Shown here piece after piece: positions 1-13,804 of a stretch of DNA of 64,000 nt. The translations under genes and the position numbers were made by a program. Below the pieces are notes generated by a model. That model did no database searches. It saw nothing but the letters and a program-made list of their open reading frames with translations, and was not told the DNA's origin. This DNA is from Ruditapes philippinarum (lineage: Eukaryota), in contig NW_026853342.1 in NCBI RefSeq assembly GCF_026571515.1, forward strand, positions 186,001-250,000, in the 5' to 3' direction. Within the stretch, counting starts at the first letter, position 1. Each line of letters starts with the position of its first letter.

Positions 1-1557
1 GTTCTTATAACAAATATGTTGATGTTCTTAGACCCGTTTTTGTGTGGGAGAGTAGCTTTAAGGAATATGCGAAGTTTAATTTTAAAGATATATACCTTTA
101 AACAAATATATTACCTTTTATTAAACGTAAATCTTGACATAAGCAATAAAATAGCTTACCTTTGTATAGGTAATCATAATTGTCACCTTACGTAGCGTTA
201 AACATGTTTTAAAATACAAAATTCACTTAAAAGAGTCACTCTAGATAAGCTTCGATCAAAACTGTCTGTTTAACTACATGCATGTATACTAACGGTAAAT
301 CTATTTATATATCATTCAATGGAGATATCGATATGATGGACTATTGATTTTCTGCCTTGCAATTTTCAATTGTCAGTATACAGCCGGTTCTGTATTGACA
401 TAAATATTTTAAAATTTAAAACGATACCTGAAAATAGTTCCTAAACTTATAATGCATAATAGTACCGTCATAACATAACTTATTTGTTTGTACCCCGCTT
501 AAACTCTTTACTATATAGCCTTATTTGACGATCCTTGAAGTTAATAATTGTTGCAACATTCTCCAGGGGCGAGTAATCTATATACACTAAAAGGAACGTA
601 ATGTTCAAGTTCTCTCCCCTGATACAAATCGGTGATGAGTAATAATGCATAGCGGTGAAAAGTTACACTAAAATGTTAGTTCCATATAAACAAATTTTAT
701 TGGCATTATATAGTACATACATACTTATAGGCATATAACATTGTATTATAATTGTGGAAATTAAAACATGAAACAATGCGTATTTGTTTCAGGGAATGAA
801 GTTTAAGCAATTATTTGCTGTAACAAACATGTATATATTAAAACTTTAGAAAACATTGTTTACATTAGTTTATACCAACATTTACAAAGACAGCGTTTTA
901 CAAATATACAATTGAAAAATTAAGAAATGATATCGGAATTGTCTGTTAAACACCGGTGCGTACAAACTGACCACTAAGGCCGTATGATTTTTTTTTCTCG
1001 TTTGTATAGTTGGCGAACGGCAAAAAATGATATCCGTACAATTTTCGAATTTAAAATCGTGCTGATATGTAGTGCACGAGATAAAAGTGGTAAAGTGACA
1101 TTATGCCCATCTAAAGGTATATAGTGAGTGAACAGGTGAGAGTCAAAATAAATTTTCATTTTGCCATCATTCCTTTTGATTTAATAATTTACTTCGCAAA
1201 AACAATAAATAACCACCGGATTTTAATGAAATTTCAGTGAATGTCATTTAGAATTTACCTGTAACTTTCAATTTATAAAAAGAGTGGGGCAGTCTTTTTA
1301 TATTTAAGGCATATTTCAAAGTATATCCGTAACATTTTCCAATATAATCTGTTGGTCAAACATCATTTAAACAGTCAATCTTTTGAAATATAAAGTCAAT
1401 TAAGCTCAACTTCACATGAAAATATAAGCATAATGTCACTTTAAAGTACCCTGAAATCAACATTGTTGTAAGCGTCTGAAAGTAGTACTAGTATTTTATA
1501 AACTAGATTTATGTCACGGTTCAGAACTGTTCACTATTTAGGGGAGAAGATGTGTAA

Positions 1558-1634
1558 GCGGCCGGATAGCTCAGTCGGTAGAGCCGCGGAACGGTATTCC
1601 GAGGGTCCCGGGTTCGAGTCCCGGTCAGGCTGCA
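1558..1634 (+). pseudogene. tRNA-like sequence in the 5' LTR (GGT at the anticodon position, Thr-like; not a canonical tRNA gene)
   Basis: A box TAGCTCAGTCGG, B box GGTTCGAGTCC, T stem CCGGG/CCCGG. Acceptor and anticodon stems are imperfect. Followed by TTTTT. Confidence 0.75.
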
Positions 1635-1808
1635 CATTTTTCTCACCCTGTGACATTTGGCACCCAACGGGGGACCGTGACTGCTTATAGCTCAGAGTTC
1701 AATTAACATTGCTCTGTAGCTTTGTGAAATTCGAGGACGAATTTCAATATTGTGGTGAAGTATGTCACGGTTCAGAACTGTTCACTATTTAGGGGAGAAG
1801 ATGTGTAA

Positions 1809-1885
1809 GCGGCCGGATAGCTCAGTCGGTAGAGCCGCGGAACGGTATTCCGAGGGTCCCGGGTTCGAGTCCCGGTCAGGCTGCA
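1809..1885 (+). pseudogene. tRNA-like sequence in the 3' LTR (identical copy)
   Basis: Exact repeat of 1558-1634 within LTR2. Confidence 0.75.
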
Positions 1886-2799
1886 CATTTTTCTCACCCT
1901 GTGACATTTAGAATATATTTTATTAACAATTTTCAGAGTTTATAGATTAAATACCGGTACAATGAATAAATTATATTTTGCAAATGACGTACGTTGTGCT
2001 ATTTATCTTTTTTAGAGTGTGCGTGCGTCCTTAACAAGTTTTCCCATATAAAAAATGTATGCCTAAGTATTTGAATAATTCGACTATTTCTAATATCGAT
2101 TTATTTAAAGTCAAGTGGTTATAAGTGCGTCTTCCTTTTTTTCAAATTTCACATTTTTTTAATCTTTTTTAATATCAACTTAAATTCTCAATCATAACAA
2201 GTACTCACCAGGTTATTTCAAATATTTGACCGAACAGCTGTTGATGATTCTGTAAATAAAACAGTTTCGTCATCAAAGAAAATGAATAAATAATTTCTAT
2301 TATATACTAATAAAAGAAGAAGAAGTTTGTTCAACACTCCATTAGGCTAAAAAGCCCATGAGGATAAACATAGCACAAATATCTACATACAACTAACAGT
2401 GCATGAGCAATGAGAAACATGTTTGAAATAGAATGCGTATTTTCATATACCGTATTTACACTGTAAAATTTTATTTTTTACAGCAGTGACACATATTTTC
2501 CGGATTTTCACATGTGTCTTGCCGGACTACTTTCTTCTTAATTCAGTCAATACACAGAATTAAAATAGAAATCTTAAGTATTGTAAGGTCTAACATGATA
2601 CATAGTATATAATAAATAAAACATTCAAGTTTTTTCTAAAAATACTGGATTTATTTTCATCTTGTGAAATGAAAATTATCATATTTCACTTGTGGCTACA
2701 GCGACTAGTGAAATGTTTATTTTCATATCACTCAATGAAAATAAATACTGTATTTAAAGAAAAGACTTGAATATCTCTGAGAACGAAAAGCGCGAAACA

Positions 2800-3150
2800 T
2801 GACAGTACGATGGTAACAGTGCGGCAGTACGATGGTAACAGTGCGGCGGTACGATGGTGACAATACGACAGTACGATGTCGAAGCACGATGGTGACAGTT
2901 CGTACTGTCGTACTGTCACCATAATAATGTCGTACCGTCACCTTAGTAATTTCGTACTGTCACCATAGTAATGTCGTACTGTCACCATAGTACAGTAATA
3001 CTGTCACCATATTACTGTCGTACTATCACCATAGAACTGTCGTACTGTCACCATAGTACTGTTGTACCGTCACTATAATTATGTCGTACTGTCACCATTT
3101 TACTGTCGTACCGTCACCATAGTACTGTCGTACTGTCACAATCGTACTGA
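2800..3150. repeat. 21-bp minisatellite (GTACTGTCGTACTGTCACCAT-type) with an inverted block (foldback-like), copy 1
   Basis: Several GACAGTACGATGGT units are followed by an array of the reverse-complement unit. Confidence 0.8.
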
Positions 3151-3964
3151 GGCCGGATGGAGTACGATATGCTTTTGATATAGACATGTTGGACTCTGAA
3201 AATGAAAACGAGGTAATATGGGGTTTGATATGCATTTGGTATGTTAATTTCTACTCTGGAAATGAAAACGAGGCTAATTTTTAAAACAAAAATCATATCC
3301 CGACCGATCATTAGTTTTATTGAAACATCACGTGGTTCAAACGCTTTAAGTTGATTGGTTATGAACTAAATTTTTGCGAGTTTGATAAAGATTAATACAC
3401 CAAGGACAACAGTCCTTATATCGACCTTTATATTTTTTTAATTAGATCGCTAACCACCAGAATATGTTGAGCAAATATGAAATTAAAGTGCGACTACCCA
3501 TGCCTTTTGAAAATACAAATATTTAGTTTCAACGGGTTTTCTTTTTATCAACTGTTTTTGTCAATATTTTCAAATTTGATGACGTTAATAGTTTGAATAA
3601 CAATGACAAATCAATACGCGTGCAAACAGTACAGTGTTTACACTGAACAAAACAAAACAAAAAAAAAAGGTTTCTTTTCCCGGAACGAATATGAATTTAT
3701 AATAGATATAAAAGGATGAAAGAATACGTACGTGTTTAAACAGCAAGACTTGAGTAATTTAATAATGAATAAAACAAATATGCACAAGGTAAATTAGGCG
3801 TTAATAAGCAAATATAGTATATTGAGATATTGAACAATAGAAGACATTCAAATTTGAATGATTTAATTGGTTGATTTAAGTAACTTTACTTTATTTAATT
3901 CGATGGTCAGTGTAATGTTCAATCTAGCCTTGTAATTTAAGATCCCACAACGTGCTTAATTTTC

Positions 3965-5534
3965 ATGATAAAAATGAACATGATATTAAAAGGTAAGTAG
4001 TTTTTCTGAATTGTTCATATTTCAATCATATTTTGTTTTTCTTCCGTATTTTTCAATATAAATCACATTGACATCAAATTTAGTGACGAATTTTATGGAA
4101 AAAAGTTTAGGCTCATTTTAATATACTGGCAATTTACAAACAAAACACAAGCATATTGATGAAAATATTTCTGTCAAATTGACATGGATTATTATTATCC
4201 ATACCGACAAAATTACAAACTTTTCGACAACATTTCTAGCACATTGAAAATATTACTAGTACATGGGCGACAATAGACTATTTTTACAATATGATATTTC
4301 CATAGAAACGGAAGTAGCATTTCGCGCATGCACAAAAAAGCATTAACGCTAGAATACATTTTATCAGTATTTAAAAATTCTATTATCAAATTGATATAAT
4401 CTAAAAGATGAAACATAAGTTTAGAATATTTTTTTTTTCATTTTAAAAATGTAACAAAATTCGTAAAATTTTAAAGAAGCATTTTTCAACAAGAGCAATC
4501 TTACTTTATGATCTGTTAACGTTGTGAATGAAAGTGCGTGTCGTTAAGAGGCAAAATCAGTAAAAATGACTTTAAGCTTATAAAAACATTAAATAAATCA
4601 TGTAAATAGGAGATTTGTTCATTTTGTATGTAATATCAAAATATATACTACTTGAAAACATGCTTATGCTTCCAAGATTTGCTCATATTTATATAAAAAC
4701 AAATTGTGTTGCCCTAGAATAATAAAACTCGTCATAATAATTATAAAATATTTCAGTGCTCAGCGTCGGAATATTTCTTCCAATTGTCGCGTATTCTCTG
4801 ACACAGCTATCGGACAGATTCCGGACAGAATATGTCTGTGACATGGACTATGGACAGATTTTAGAGGAGACCGGTAAACGCAGTGTATTGTCTTGCGGAG
4901 GAACATGTTCCCGGAGAACGGACTGTCGATCCTTTGTTTTCAATCCTCAGGACAAGATGTGCCGATTGAACTCCAGGATTCTCCTATTTCCGACCTACGG
5001 ATGTCCCGTCGTAGTCAAATATGTGAGTAAAACAACGTTTTATTTAAAGGGACTCCAAGTTTTTTTTTACATGACAGGACTGGAAAAATGTTTTCGACAA
5101 AAATACTGTTTCAAACAGTGAAAATATCAGGTTTTTATTTCACTGATATATTTCTATAAACCACCGAAAAGCATCTGATAAATGCATATAATGATATGGT
5201 TTATTTAAATCTAATAACATTTTATTTTCAAAACAAAAAAAAATTCAAGTATTCAATGTTATATATCATTTCGTTGATAGCATGCTTGTTTGAAACTCAT
5301 TAGACCAAAATAGAACTTAGGAGTGATGCCATGTCTTTCTCTAGGGTTACTTTTTGGCTTCAAATCCCGGATTGACAACACCACCACCATTTGTAGGGAA
5401 AATTGTTGGCGAATCATGCATTGATAGCACAGAGTGCGTAGAAAATTTTACAGAATGCAGTGTAACTGATGTGTGTATGTGCCTACCAGGATATGTTTAC
5501 GATTATACAAACCGCACATGTATTTTCATAATGG
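3965..5534 (+). CDS. Secreted PAN/apple + Cys-rich EB-like module protein, duplicated 5' part (3 exons, truncated copy)
   Basis: Exons 3965-3992, 4757-5022 and 5345-5534 have GT-AG ends and consistent phases. Translation gives a signal peptide MIKMNMILKVLSVGIFLPIVAYS, a PAN motif CGGTCSRRTDCRSFVF...CRL, and GESC..STEC...TEC...VCMC.PGY. Confidence 0.75.
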
Positions 5535-5685
5535 GTAAATTGCATTTATTTCTTTAAAATCTTATTTAAAAAATCGGAGAACCTTTTGGCAACGATATAA
5601 TTATATGAAAAGGTGTATTCAACTTCAGCTTAAAAGAAGATAACCTGTGTTGAAAAGAGTATTGTGTGACCTTAAGGTAGTCTTA

Positions 5686-5929
5686 CTGTAATGCTTTCCC
5701 GCCAAAGAAATTCTAACATCGGCCAATACCGTAGCATATCGGTTATTTCCGGAACATTATTTTTTCAAAATCATTGGCTAAGATTATTTACAATCACTCA
5801 TCCTTTATTGCTATGTATGGTTATAAACGGTTAAAGATTACTTTGTTATTATAAAAATAACGTTCCGGAAATGACCGATTTTTTACGATATTGGACGATG
5901 TTGCAATTTTTAGGCGGGAAAACATTAAA
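5686..5929. mobile_element. MITE family A (TIR CTGTAATGCTTTCCCGCC...); further copies at about 10540-10797, 29059-29320 and 37567-37813
   Basis: Long imperfect terminal inverted repeats around a 240-260 bp element; four dispersed copies in the window. Confidence 0.7.
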
Positions 5930-6175
5930 ACGAAATATTATATTTATTAAAAAAGAATTCATTCGAGACAAACCTTTTTTGGCCGTTGCTGGGTAAATTT
6001 TGAGTTTTCTATTTGTTGTTTTGATTGCAAACTATCTGATTGAAACCTAATTTGTACATCATATTTCACTTGTGGCTACAGCGACTAGTGAAATGTTTAT
6101 TTTCATATCACTCAATGAAAATAAAAACTGTATTTAAAGAAAAAAAATATCTCTGAGAACGAAAAGCGCGAAACA

Positions 6176-6675
6176 TGACAGTACGATGGTGACAGTGCGG
6201 CAGCACAATGGTGACAGTGCGGCGGTACGATGGTGACAATACGACAGTACGATGTCGAAGCACGATGGTGACAGTCCGTATTGTCACAATCTTACTGTCG
6301 TACCGTCACCATAGAACTGTCGTACTGTCACCATAGTACTGTCGTACTGTCACCATAGAATTGCCGTACCGTCACCGTAGTAATGTCCTACCGTCACCCT
6401 AGTACTGTCGTACCATCACCACCGTACTGTCGTACCGTCACAATAGTAATGTCGTACTGTCAGCATAATACTGTCGTACTGTCACCATAATAATGTCGTA
6501 CCGTCACCTTAGTAATGTCGTACTGTCACCACAGTAATCTCGTACTGTTACCATAGAACTGTCGTACTGTCACCATAGAACTGTTGTACCGTCACCATTA
6601 TAATGTCGTACTGTCACCATATTACTGTCGTACTGTCACCATAGTACTGTCGTACTGTCACAAATATCGTACTGA
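6176..6675. repeat. 21-bp minisatellite with an inverted block, copy 2 (more units)
   Basis: Same structure as 2800-3150 inside duplication unit 2, with a longer array. Confidence 0.8.
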
Positions 6676-7479
6676 GGCCGGATGGAGTACGATATGCTTT
6701 TGATCGATATAGACATTTTGTACTCTGAAAATGAAAAAGCGGTTATATGGGGTTTGATATGCATTTGGTATGCTAATTTCTACTCTGGAAATGAAAACGA
6801 GGCTTATCTTAAAAAAATCTTATCCCGACCGATCATTATTTCTATTGAAACATCACGTGGTTCAAACGCTTTAAGTTGATTGGTTATGCCATGAATTTTC
6901 GCGAGTTACATAAAAGTTAATTCACCAAGGACAATAGTCCTTATATCGACCTTTATATTTTTTTAATTAGATCGCTAACCACCAGAATATGTTGAGCAAA
7001 TATGAAATAAAAGTGCGACTACCCGTGCCTTTTGAAAATACAAATATTTAATTTCAACGGACTTTTTATCAACTGTTTTTGTCAATATTGTTTTTATATT
7101 ATGACGTTATTAGTTTGAATAACAATGACAAATTAATACGCGTGTGACAAGTACAGTGTTTACATTGAACAAAACAAAACAAAAAAAAGGTTTCTTTTCC
7201 CGGAACGAATATGAATTTGTAATAGATATAAAAGGATGAAAGAATACGTACGTGTTTAAACAGCAAGACTTGAGTAATTATGAATAAAACAAATATGCAC
7301 AAGGTAAATTAGGCGTTAATAAGCAAATATAGTATATTGAGATATTGAACAATAGAAGACATTCAAATTTGAATGATTAAATTTGTTGATTTAAGTAACT
7401 TTACTTTATTTAATTCGATGGTCAGTGTAATGTTCAATCTAGCCTTGTAATTTAAGATCCCACAACGTGCTTAATTTTC

Positions 7480-10400
7480 ATGATAAAAATGAACATGATA
7501 TTAAAAGGTAAGTAGTTTTTCTGAATTGTTCATATTTCAATCATATTTTGTTTTTCTTCCGTATTTTTCAATATAAATCACATTGACATCAAATTTATTG
7601 ACGAATTTTATGGAAAAAAGGTTAGGCTCATTTTAGCATACTGGCAATTTAGAAACAAAACACAAGCATATCGATGAAAATATTTCTGTCAAATTGACAT
7701 GGATTATTATTATCCATACCGACAAAATTAAAAACTTTTCGACAACATTTCTAGCACATTGATAATATTACTAGTACATGGGCGACAATAGACTATTTTT
7801 ACAATATGATATTTCCATAGAAACGGAAGTAGCATTTCGCGCATGCCCAAAAAAGCATTAACGCTAGAATACATTTTATCAGTATTTAAAAATTCTATTA
7901 TCAAATTGATATAATCTAAAAGATGAAACATAAGTTTAGAATAATTTATTTTTCATTTTAAAAATGTAACAAAATTCGTAAAATTTTAAAGAAGCATTTT
8001 TCAACAAGAACAATCTTACTATATGATCTGTTAACGTTGTGAATGAAAGTGCGTGTCGTTAAGAGGCAAAAATCAGTAAAAATGACTTTAAGCTTATAAA
8101 AACATTAAATAAATCATGTAAATAGGAGATTTGTTCATTTTGTATGTAATATCAAAATACATACTACTTGAAAACACCAGCTCTTATGCTTTCAAGATTT
8201 GCTCATATTTATATAAAAACAAATTGTGTTGCCCTAGAATAATAAAACTCGTCATAATAATTATAAAATATTTCAGTGCTCAGCGTCGGAATATTTCTTC
8301 CAATTGTCGCGTATTCTCTGACACAGCTATCGGACAGATTCCGGACAGAATATGTCTGTGACATGGACTATGGACAGATTATAGAGGAGACCGGTAAACG
8401 CAGTGTATTGTCTTGCGGAGGAACATGTTCCCGGAGAACGGACTGTCGATCCTTTGTTTTCAATCCTCAGGACAAGATGTGCCGATTGAACTCCCAGATT
8501 CTCCTTTTTCCGACCTACGGATGTCCCGTCGTAGTCAAATATGTGAGTAAAACAACGTTTTATTTAAAGGGACTCCACTTAGGTATTTTTTACATGACAG
8601 GACTGGAAATACTTTTTCGACAAAAATGTTCCATTTGATGTAGATCGAGACCATTAACTTGTGTGGAAAATTTCAGATCATTCGCTTACTCTGTTTTTCC
8701 CAAAATAATTATTTTAATTATGAAAAATGACCCAAATTTTTAAAGCGTTGCAACGCTTTTCACTCCAATCGGGCTAAAAATAGCACAAAAATATAATTTT
8801 CAATTAATTTCTTAGCATATTTCGTAATTATCTTTGCATATATTTCAAATGTAAGGCCATGATCTATGTAAGAAATTAAGAAATTAAAATTTTGTATTTT
8901 TTCTATACTTTTACACCTCAGTTGAGTTCCTTTAAATATAAAATATGACATTTGTTTAAATTGATATAACATTCAGCGTTTGAAGCACGTGATGCTGCAA
9001 TAGAATTCATTATTGGATCCAATCTTATCAATTTAGCCTCGTATTCATTTCCAAAATCCAAAACATACATATCAAATGCATATCATACCTAATATAGCCA
9101 TATTTTCATTGTCAGATTCAGAAATAATGCATATCGTACTTCCTCTAGCTTCATTTTCATTTTTCAGGGTCAAAAATTCATATCATTCACGTATTGTACC
9201 CTTAGTAACAAAGTTCTGTCAAAAAATGTGAAATCAATGGGTCATTATACATTGTTGGCAACAATACTGCTTAAATTGGACTCGTACACAGCTGTAAAAC
9301 CTATATCTGACTCGACTCATTGTCCAATAAACGATTTCGTCAAATAGAATCCAGTATTACACTCAACAGCGGATAATAACTTCATGAATAAAACATGATT
9401 GTAAATCATGATATCTTTTGAGTACGTTTGGTATATTAACGTTTTATATTTGCGATTTGACTGAATTTAGTTAAAAAGTAGTCCGGCAAGTTACCAGTCA
9501 GTGAAAATACGGAAAATTTGTTTCACAGCGCGAAACATGAATTTTTACAGTGAAAATACGGAAAATCAAAATACGCACTTTATTTCATCAATCAATATTT
9601 TATTTATATAAAGGATATTTGTTTAGTTCAGTGTAAGATCGGGACATTTTTCACCGAGTGAGCACCAAAAGGTATATTTCACGAGTTGCGCAGCCTGGAG
9701 TGAAATATGAACTTTTTGTATTCACGAGATGAAATATATTCCGATCTCACAATAAAGCAAACAATTTTTTTATTATATGCAAACAAACGTTTAAAAAGAC
9801 ATTTTAACCTAATGCTAAATGAAAACCGAACCAAACAATAATACAACGATGTCAAGTCAGTAAGTTGGTTTCCAGTACTGTGAACGCTAGTATTTCTCTG
9901 AAACAACGTGACGGGCTTAAATTTAAAACTGTGAAATATATCAAATTGATAATTTCACTGTTTCAAACAGTGAAAATATCAGGTTTTTATTTCACTGATA
10001 TATTCTATAAACCACCGAAAAGCATCTGATAAATGCATATAATGATATGGTTTATTTAAATCTAATAACATTTTTATTTTCAAAACAAAAAAAATTCAAG
10101 TATTCAATGTATATTACATTTCGTTGATAGCATGCTTGTTTGAAACTCATTAGACCAAATAGAAATTAGGAGTGATGCCAGTCTTTCTCTAGGGTTACTT
10201 TTTGGCTTCAAATCCCGGATTGACAACACCACCACCATTTGTAGGGAAAATTGTTGGCGAATCATGCGTTGATAGCGCAAGAGTGCGTAGGAAAATTTTA
10301 CAGAATGCAGTGTAACTGACGTGTGTATGTGCCTGCCAGGATATGTCTACGATTATACAAAACCGCACATGTATTTTCATAATGGGTAAATTGGCATTTA

Positions 10401-13400
10401 TTTCTTTAAAATCTTATTTAAAAAAATCGGAGAACCTCTTGGCAATGATAATAATTTATATTAAAAGGTGTATTCAACTTCAGCTTAAAAGAAGATAACC
10501 TGTGTTGAAAAGAGTATTGTGTGACCTTAAGGTAGTCTTACTGTAATGCTTTCCCGCCAAAGAAATTCTAACATCGGTCAATATCGTTAGCAAATCGGTT
10601 ATTTCCGGAACATTATTTTCAAAATCATGGGCTAAGATTATTTACAATCACTCATCCTTTTATCGCTATGTATGGTTATAAACGGTTAAGGATTTTTGCA
10701 TGCCGAAATATTGTTATTATAAGAATAACGTTCCGGAAATGACCTATTTTTACGATATTGGACGATGCTGCAATTTTTAGGCGGGAAAGCATTAAAACGA
10801 AATATTATATTTATCAAAAAAGAATTCATTCTAGACAAACCTTTTTTGGCCGTTGCTGGGTAAATTTTGAGTTTTCTATTTGTTGTTTTGATTGCAAACT
10901 ATCTGATTGAAACCTAATTTGTACATATAATTAATCACTCGGGCCTATTTGCTTTCGAGAATACACACTTGCGCATTTGAATCCGAACAGTGCATAAATT
11001 TTACAACAATGCACTTAAAATGTATATCTATTTAATTTCTTATTTTATAGACTGTCCAGCGTATGGAATTACGTTTCAGATGTGTCAGTAACGACCGAAT
11101 ACAGGCTCATTGTGGACATTTCTAAACAACGTGACGGAGGACGAATGTAGAGCTATATTTTGACCACTAACACAATTCACATGCCGTATATTTGAGTTCA
11201 GCTATAAGAGATATGGAATGTAAAGTTTTTTCCTTAGACACAATTCCGACAACAAACATAATTGATGGATTACGAACAAAGAGTACGAAATTTTTTGTCT
11301 ACGCACGTGACTGTGCACTTCGGCTACGACCATGTTTTACGGCATGTGACGTCAACAGTGATTGTTTGGAACGTGATTCGGTGTGCTTTCAGGGTATTTG
11401 TCTCTGTAGGGTTGGCTTCAGCTATGATTCCGAGCAGAGGAAATGTGTTTCAGGTACATTACTTACACTATATGTACTCTTTTCAGTTTCAGCCATTTTT
11501 TTTGTTGTTATTGTTGTTTTTGTTGATGTTGTTGTTGTTTGTTGTTTTTACCCAATCAATGATTACTGCGCAAATTCTGATGATTATTATTCATGACCAG
11601 GAAAAAGATCATATTATTCATTTAACGATGGTGGCAATATGGCTTGAGTTAGATACAAATAATATTATTGAAAATTAAAACATTATACGCGGTAAAAACA
11701 AGAGAACATTTCCTTTAAAATGTTAGCCCGCATACAAAAGGTCATTGTTCATAAATATCAGCTGATGTTTATATACACCAACATTTTTTATAGTTTTATT
11801 TTTTAATTGAAAAGGTACAGACCATCCTGCTGTCAAATTCCCATTACCTTTTTTCTATAATTGTTTTTTTCTTTTAGAGAATGATCTTATTTGGTAACTA
11901 AAATAAATAGATGTTCTACTGTTTTAATTGATGTGTTTTATAAATATGCCGTTTGATGTCCAACATATGAATGTTGTGCGAAGAATAATAATTCAGAGAT
12001 TATTGCTGTGTAACATAATTATGAATAAAAAATATATTTCAATTGAGATAAGGAACAAAACGCATCAGTTTTTTTATGTGATAATTGCATAGCCGTGCCG
12101 ATTTTGCGACTCCGTAAAAATGGTATTGCACAACCGTGCATATATTTCGACGTGACGTCATTTGCGTTGTATATAATAAAAAAATAGCGTTAAAACGCGC
12201 TATTTGTTAGCGTTACAGTATAGGCGCGTCATTGGAAAAAAAGATTTTTTTCCAATTTAAACACTCTTTCTTTTTTTGGTATGTGATAAATAGAATATTA
12301 AATTCGTGTAAGTTCATTACTGAATTTATTGAACTCGTTGAATAGAATAATAATAAGCTCGCCAGAAAGGCTGGCATAATATAATTTTATTCAACAAGTT
12401 CAATAAATTCAGTATCGAACCTAATACACTCATGTATGCAATTATAAAAAATGTGATAAATGGTTTTAAATATTTTACCTTTGCTTAAATTCCAGAATGC
12501 TTTCTTTACTCGAAACCAATGACTGGAAACTCTTACCAAAGGATATCCGGGATATACATAACACACTTCAATTTCTCTAGAACATATTCCGTTCAAAATG
12601 GTGCGGAATGCCTGAATTATTGTACGTCGGATACCAACATCAGTTGTGTAAGCCTAATGACAGACACGATTTCCTCCACGTGCTTCCTGTCGGAACAAAC
12701 GCTCGGTGTATACCCAGATTCTAGCTTCGTGACAAATTTTGCCTACACTATTGTACAGTTGGACTGCGAGCCAATGACCTCACCCATCGAAATGATCCCG
12801 TGCTATGGGAATGTGTGTTCCGCTACCAACAGCGAATGTCGCGACAGTGTCTGCAAATGTGTAAAAGGCTTACGCTACCAAGCATCTCTAGACCAATGCA
12901 CTGAAAGTAAGTACAATCAAATTGTATTACATGTCGCTTATATACTTACTTCAATTGCAAAAGTTATCAAACGACATTATGCACGGCCATTTTGAACAAA
13001 TATTAGTATCCAGCTTTATTTGTCATCCAATGAAAATGCTTCATTTCTTAAACATTCTGTGTGTTTATTTTCATAGAAGAACAAATATCGATACCAAGTC
13101 CGATAATAGTGAACACTAAAGATGATCATTATATAAATATTAAGTGTCATTAAAAAAAATGGCATTTTTTTTACCAACTTTTCATGACCTGTTAAAGGGA
13201 ACGCAGCTTCCCATACATAGTTTATTCATTCTTTTATTCAAATTAAACATAGATCTACTCAGTAAGAATTTCATATATTTCAATAAATGTCTGTGATTAA
13301 AATATTTTACTCAAAGATGAGCATAGTATATCTTTAAATAAAAAAGATATAAGTTAGTAAATTTACATTTTATCAAGATCAGATAGTCTCTACCATATTG

Positions 13401-13804
13401 TAGGATTAATTTTTTTTTATATATTTTGTCGTTGTTGTGTTTTGTTGTTGTTGTTTTTGTTTGTTTTTTTAAGCAAAAAAAAACAACAATTTCTTAAAAC
13501 TACTATTAATATAACGATAACTATAATTTCAGTATGTACAGGAATGTACGGAAACACCTTCCAGACCATCCTTGATTTCCATGTCGATAAACACAACGAC
13601 GTCACTTTAATAATGACGTCAAATGACGTCATCAATGAATGCAAGGCTGCGTGTGTGAAAGAGGACAGTTTTGTTTGTTTAATGGCAGAGATAAACTTCG
13701 AAACAAATGAATGCACATTGTCGTCTAAAGCCTACACGCAAATATCGACAGGTTATTATCTTACAGATATTAACTACGTCACAATGATTAGAGATTGTGC
13801 TTAA
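7480..13804 (+). CDS. Secreted multi-PAN/apple and EB-like repeat protein (PAN-EB x3 + PAN); exons 3-4 disrupted in this assembly
   Basis: Exons 7480-7507, 8277-8542, 10193-10385, 11051-11453, 12496-12906 and 13533-13804 (TAA). Repeated CxxxC...C..h.h...C.L PAN patterns alternate with six-Cys modules. Exons 3 and 4 carry indels and stops (pseudogenisation or sequence error). Confidence 0.7.
12075..12445 (-). mobile_element. Non-autonomous element with a large one-sided palindrome (same family as 19408-19770)
   Basis: Palindrome GAATTTATTGAACTCGTTGAATA...TATTCAACAAGTTCAATAAATTC plus TATGTGATAA motifs; reverse complement of the copy at 19.4 kb. Confidence 0.6.

Larger units (their letters stand above)
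1512..1906 (+). mobile_element. Non-autonomous LTR retrotransposon (TRIM) with tRNA-containing LTRs, Helenus-like
   Basis: Two identical 144-bp direct repeats (1512-1655, 1763-1906), each TGTCAC...GTGACA. PBS TGGCACCCAACGGGGGAC at 1658-1675 (about 15/18 to the tRNA-Lys primer site). Purine-leaning tract just before LTR2. 4-bp TSD TTTA at 1508-1511 and 1907-1910. The 107-bp interior is non-coding. Confidence 0.92.
2678..10926. repeat. Tandem segmental duplication (unit 1 about 2678-6059, unit 2 about 6060-10926)
   Basis: Near-identical sequence and ORFs recur (4213/7728, 4756/8276, 5345/10193). The junction reads ...TTTGTACAT|CATATTTCACTTG at about 6060. Unit 2 has about 1.3 kb (about 8630-9955) that unit 1 lacks. 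Confidence 0.9.

Noticed and set aside
1558-1885. Two functional tRNA-Thr genes
   Set aside because: Stems are mismatched, the anticodon loop is atypical, and both copies lie inside the LTRs of a TSD-flanked element.
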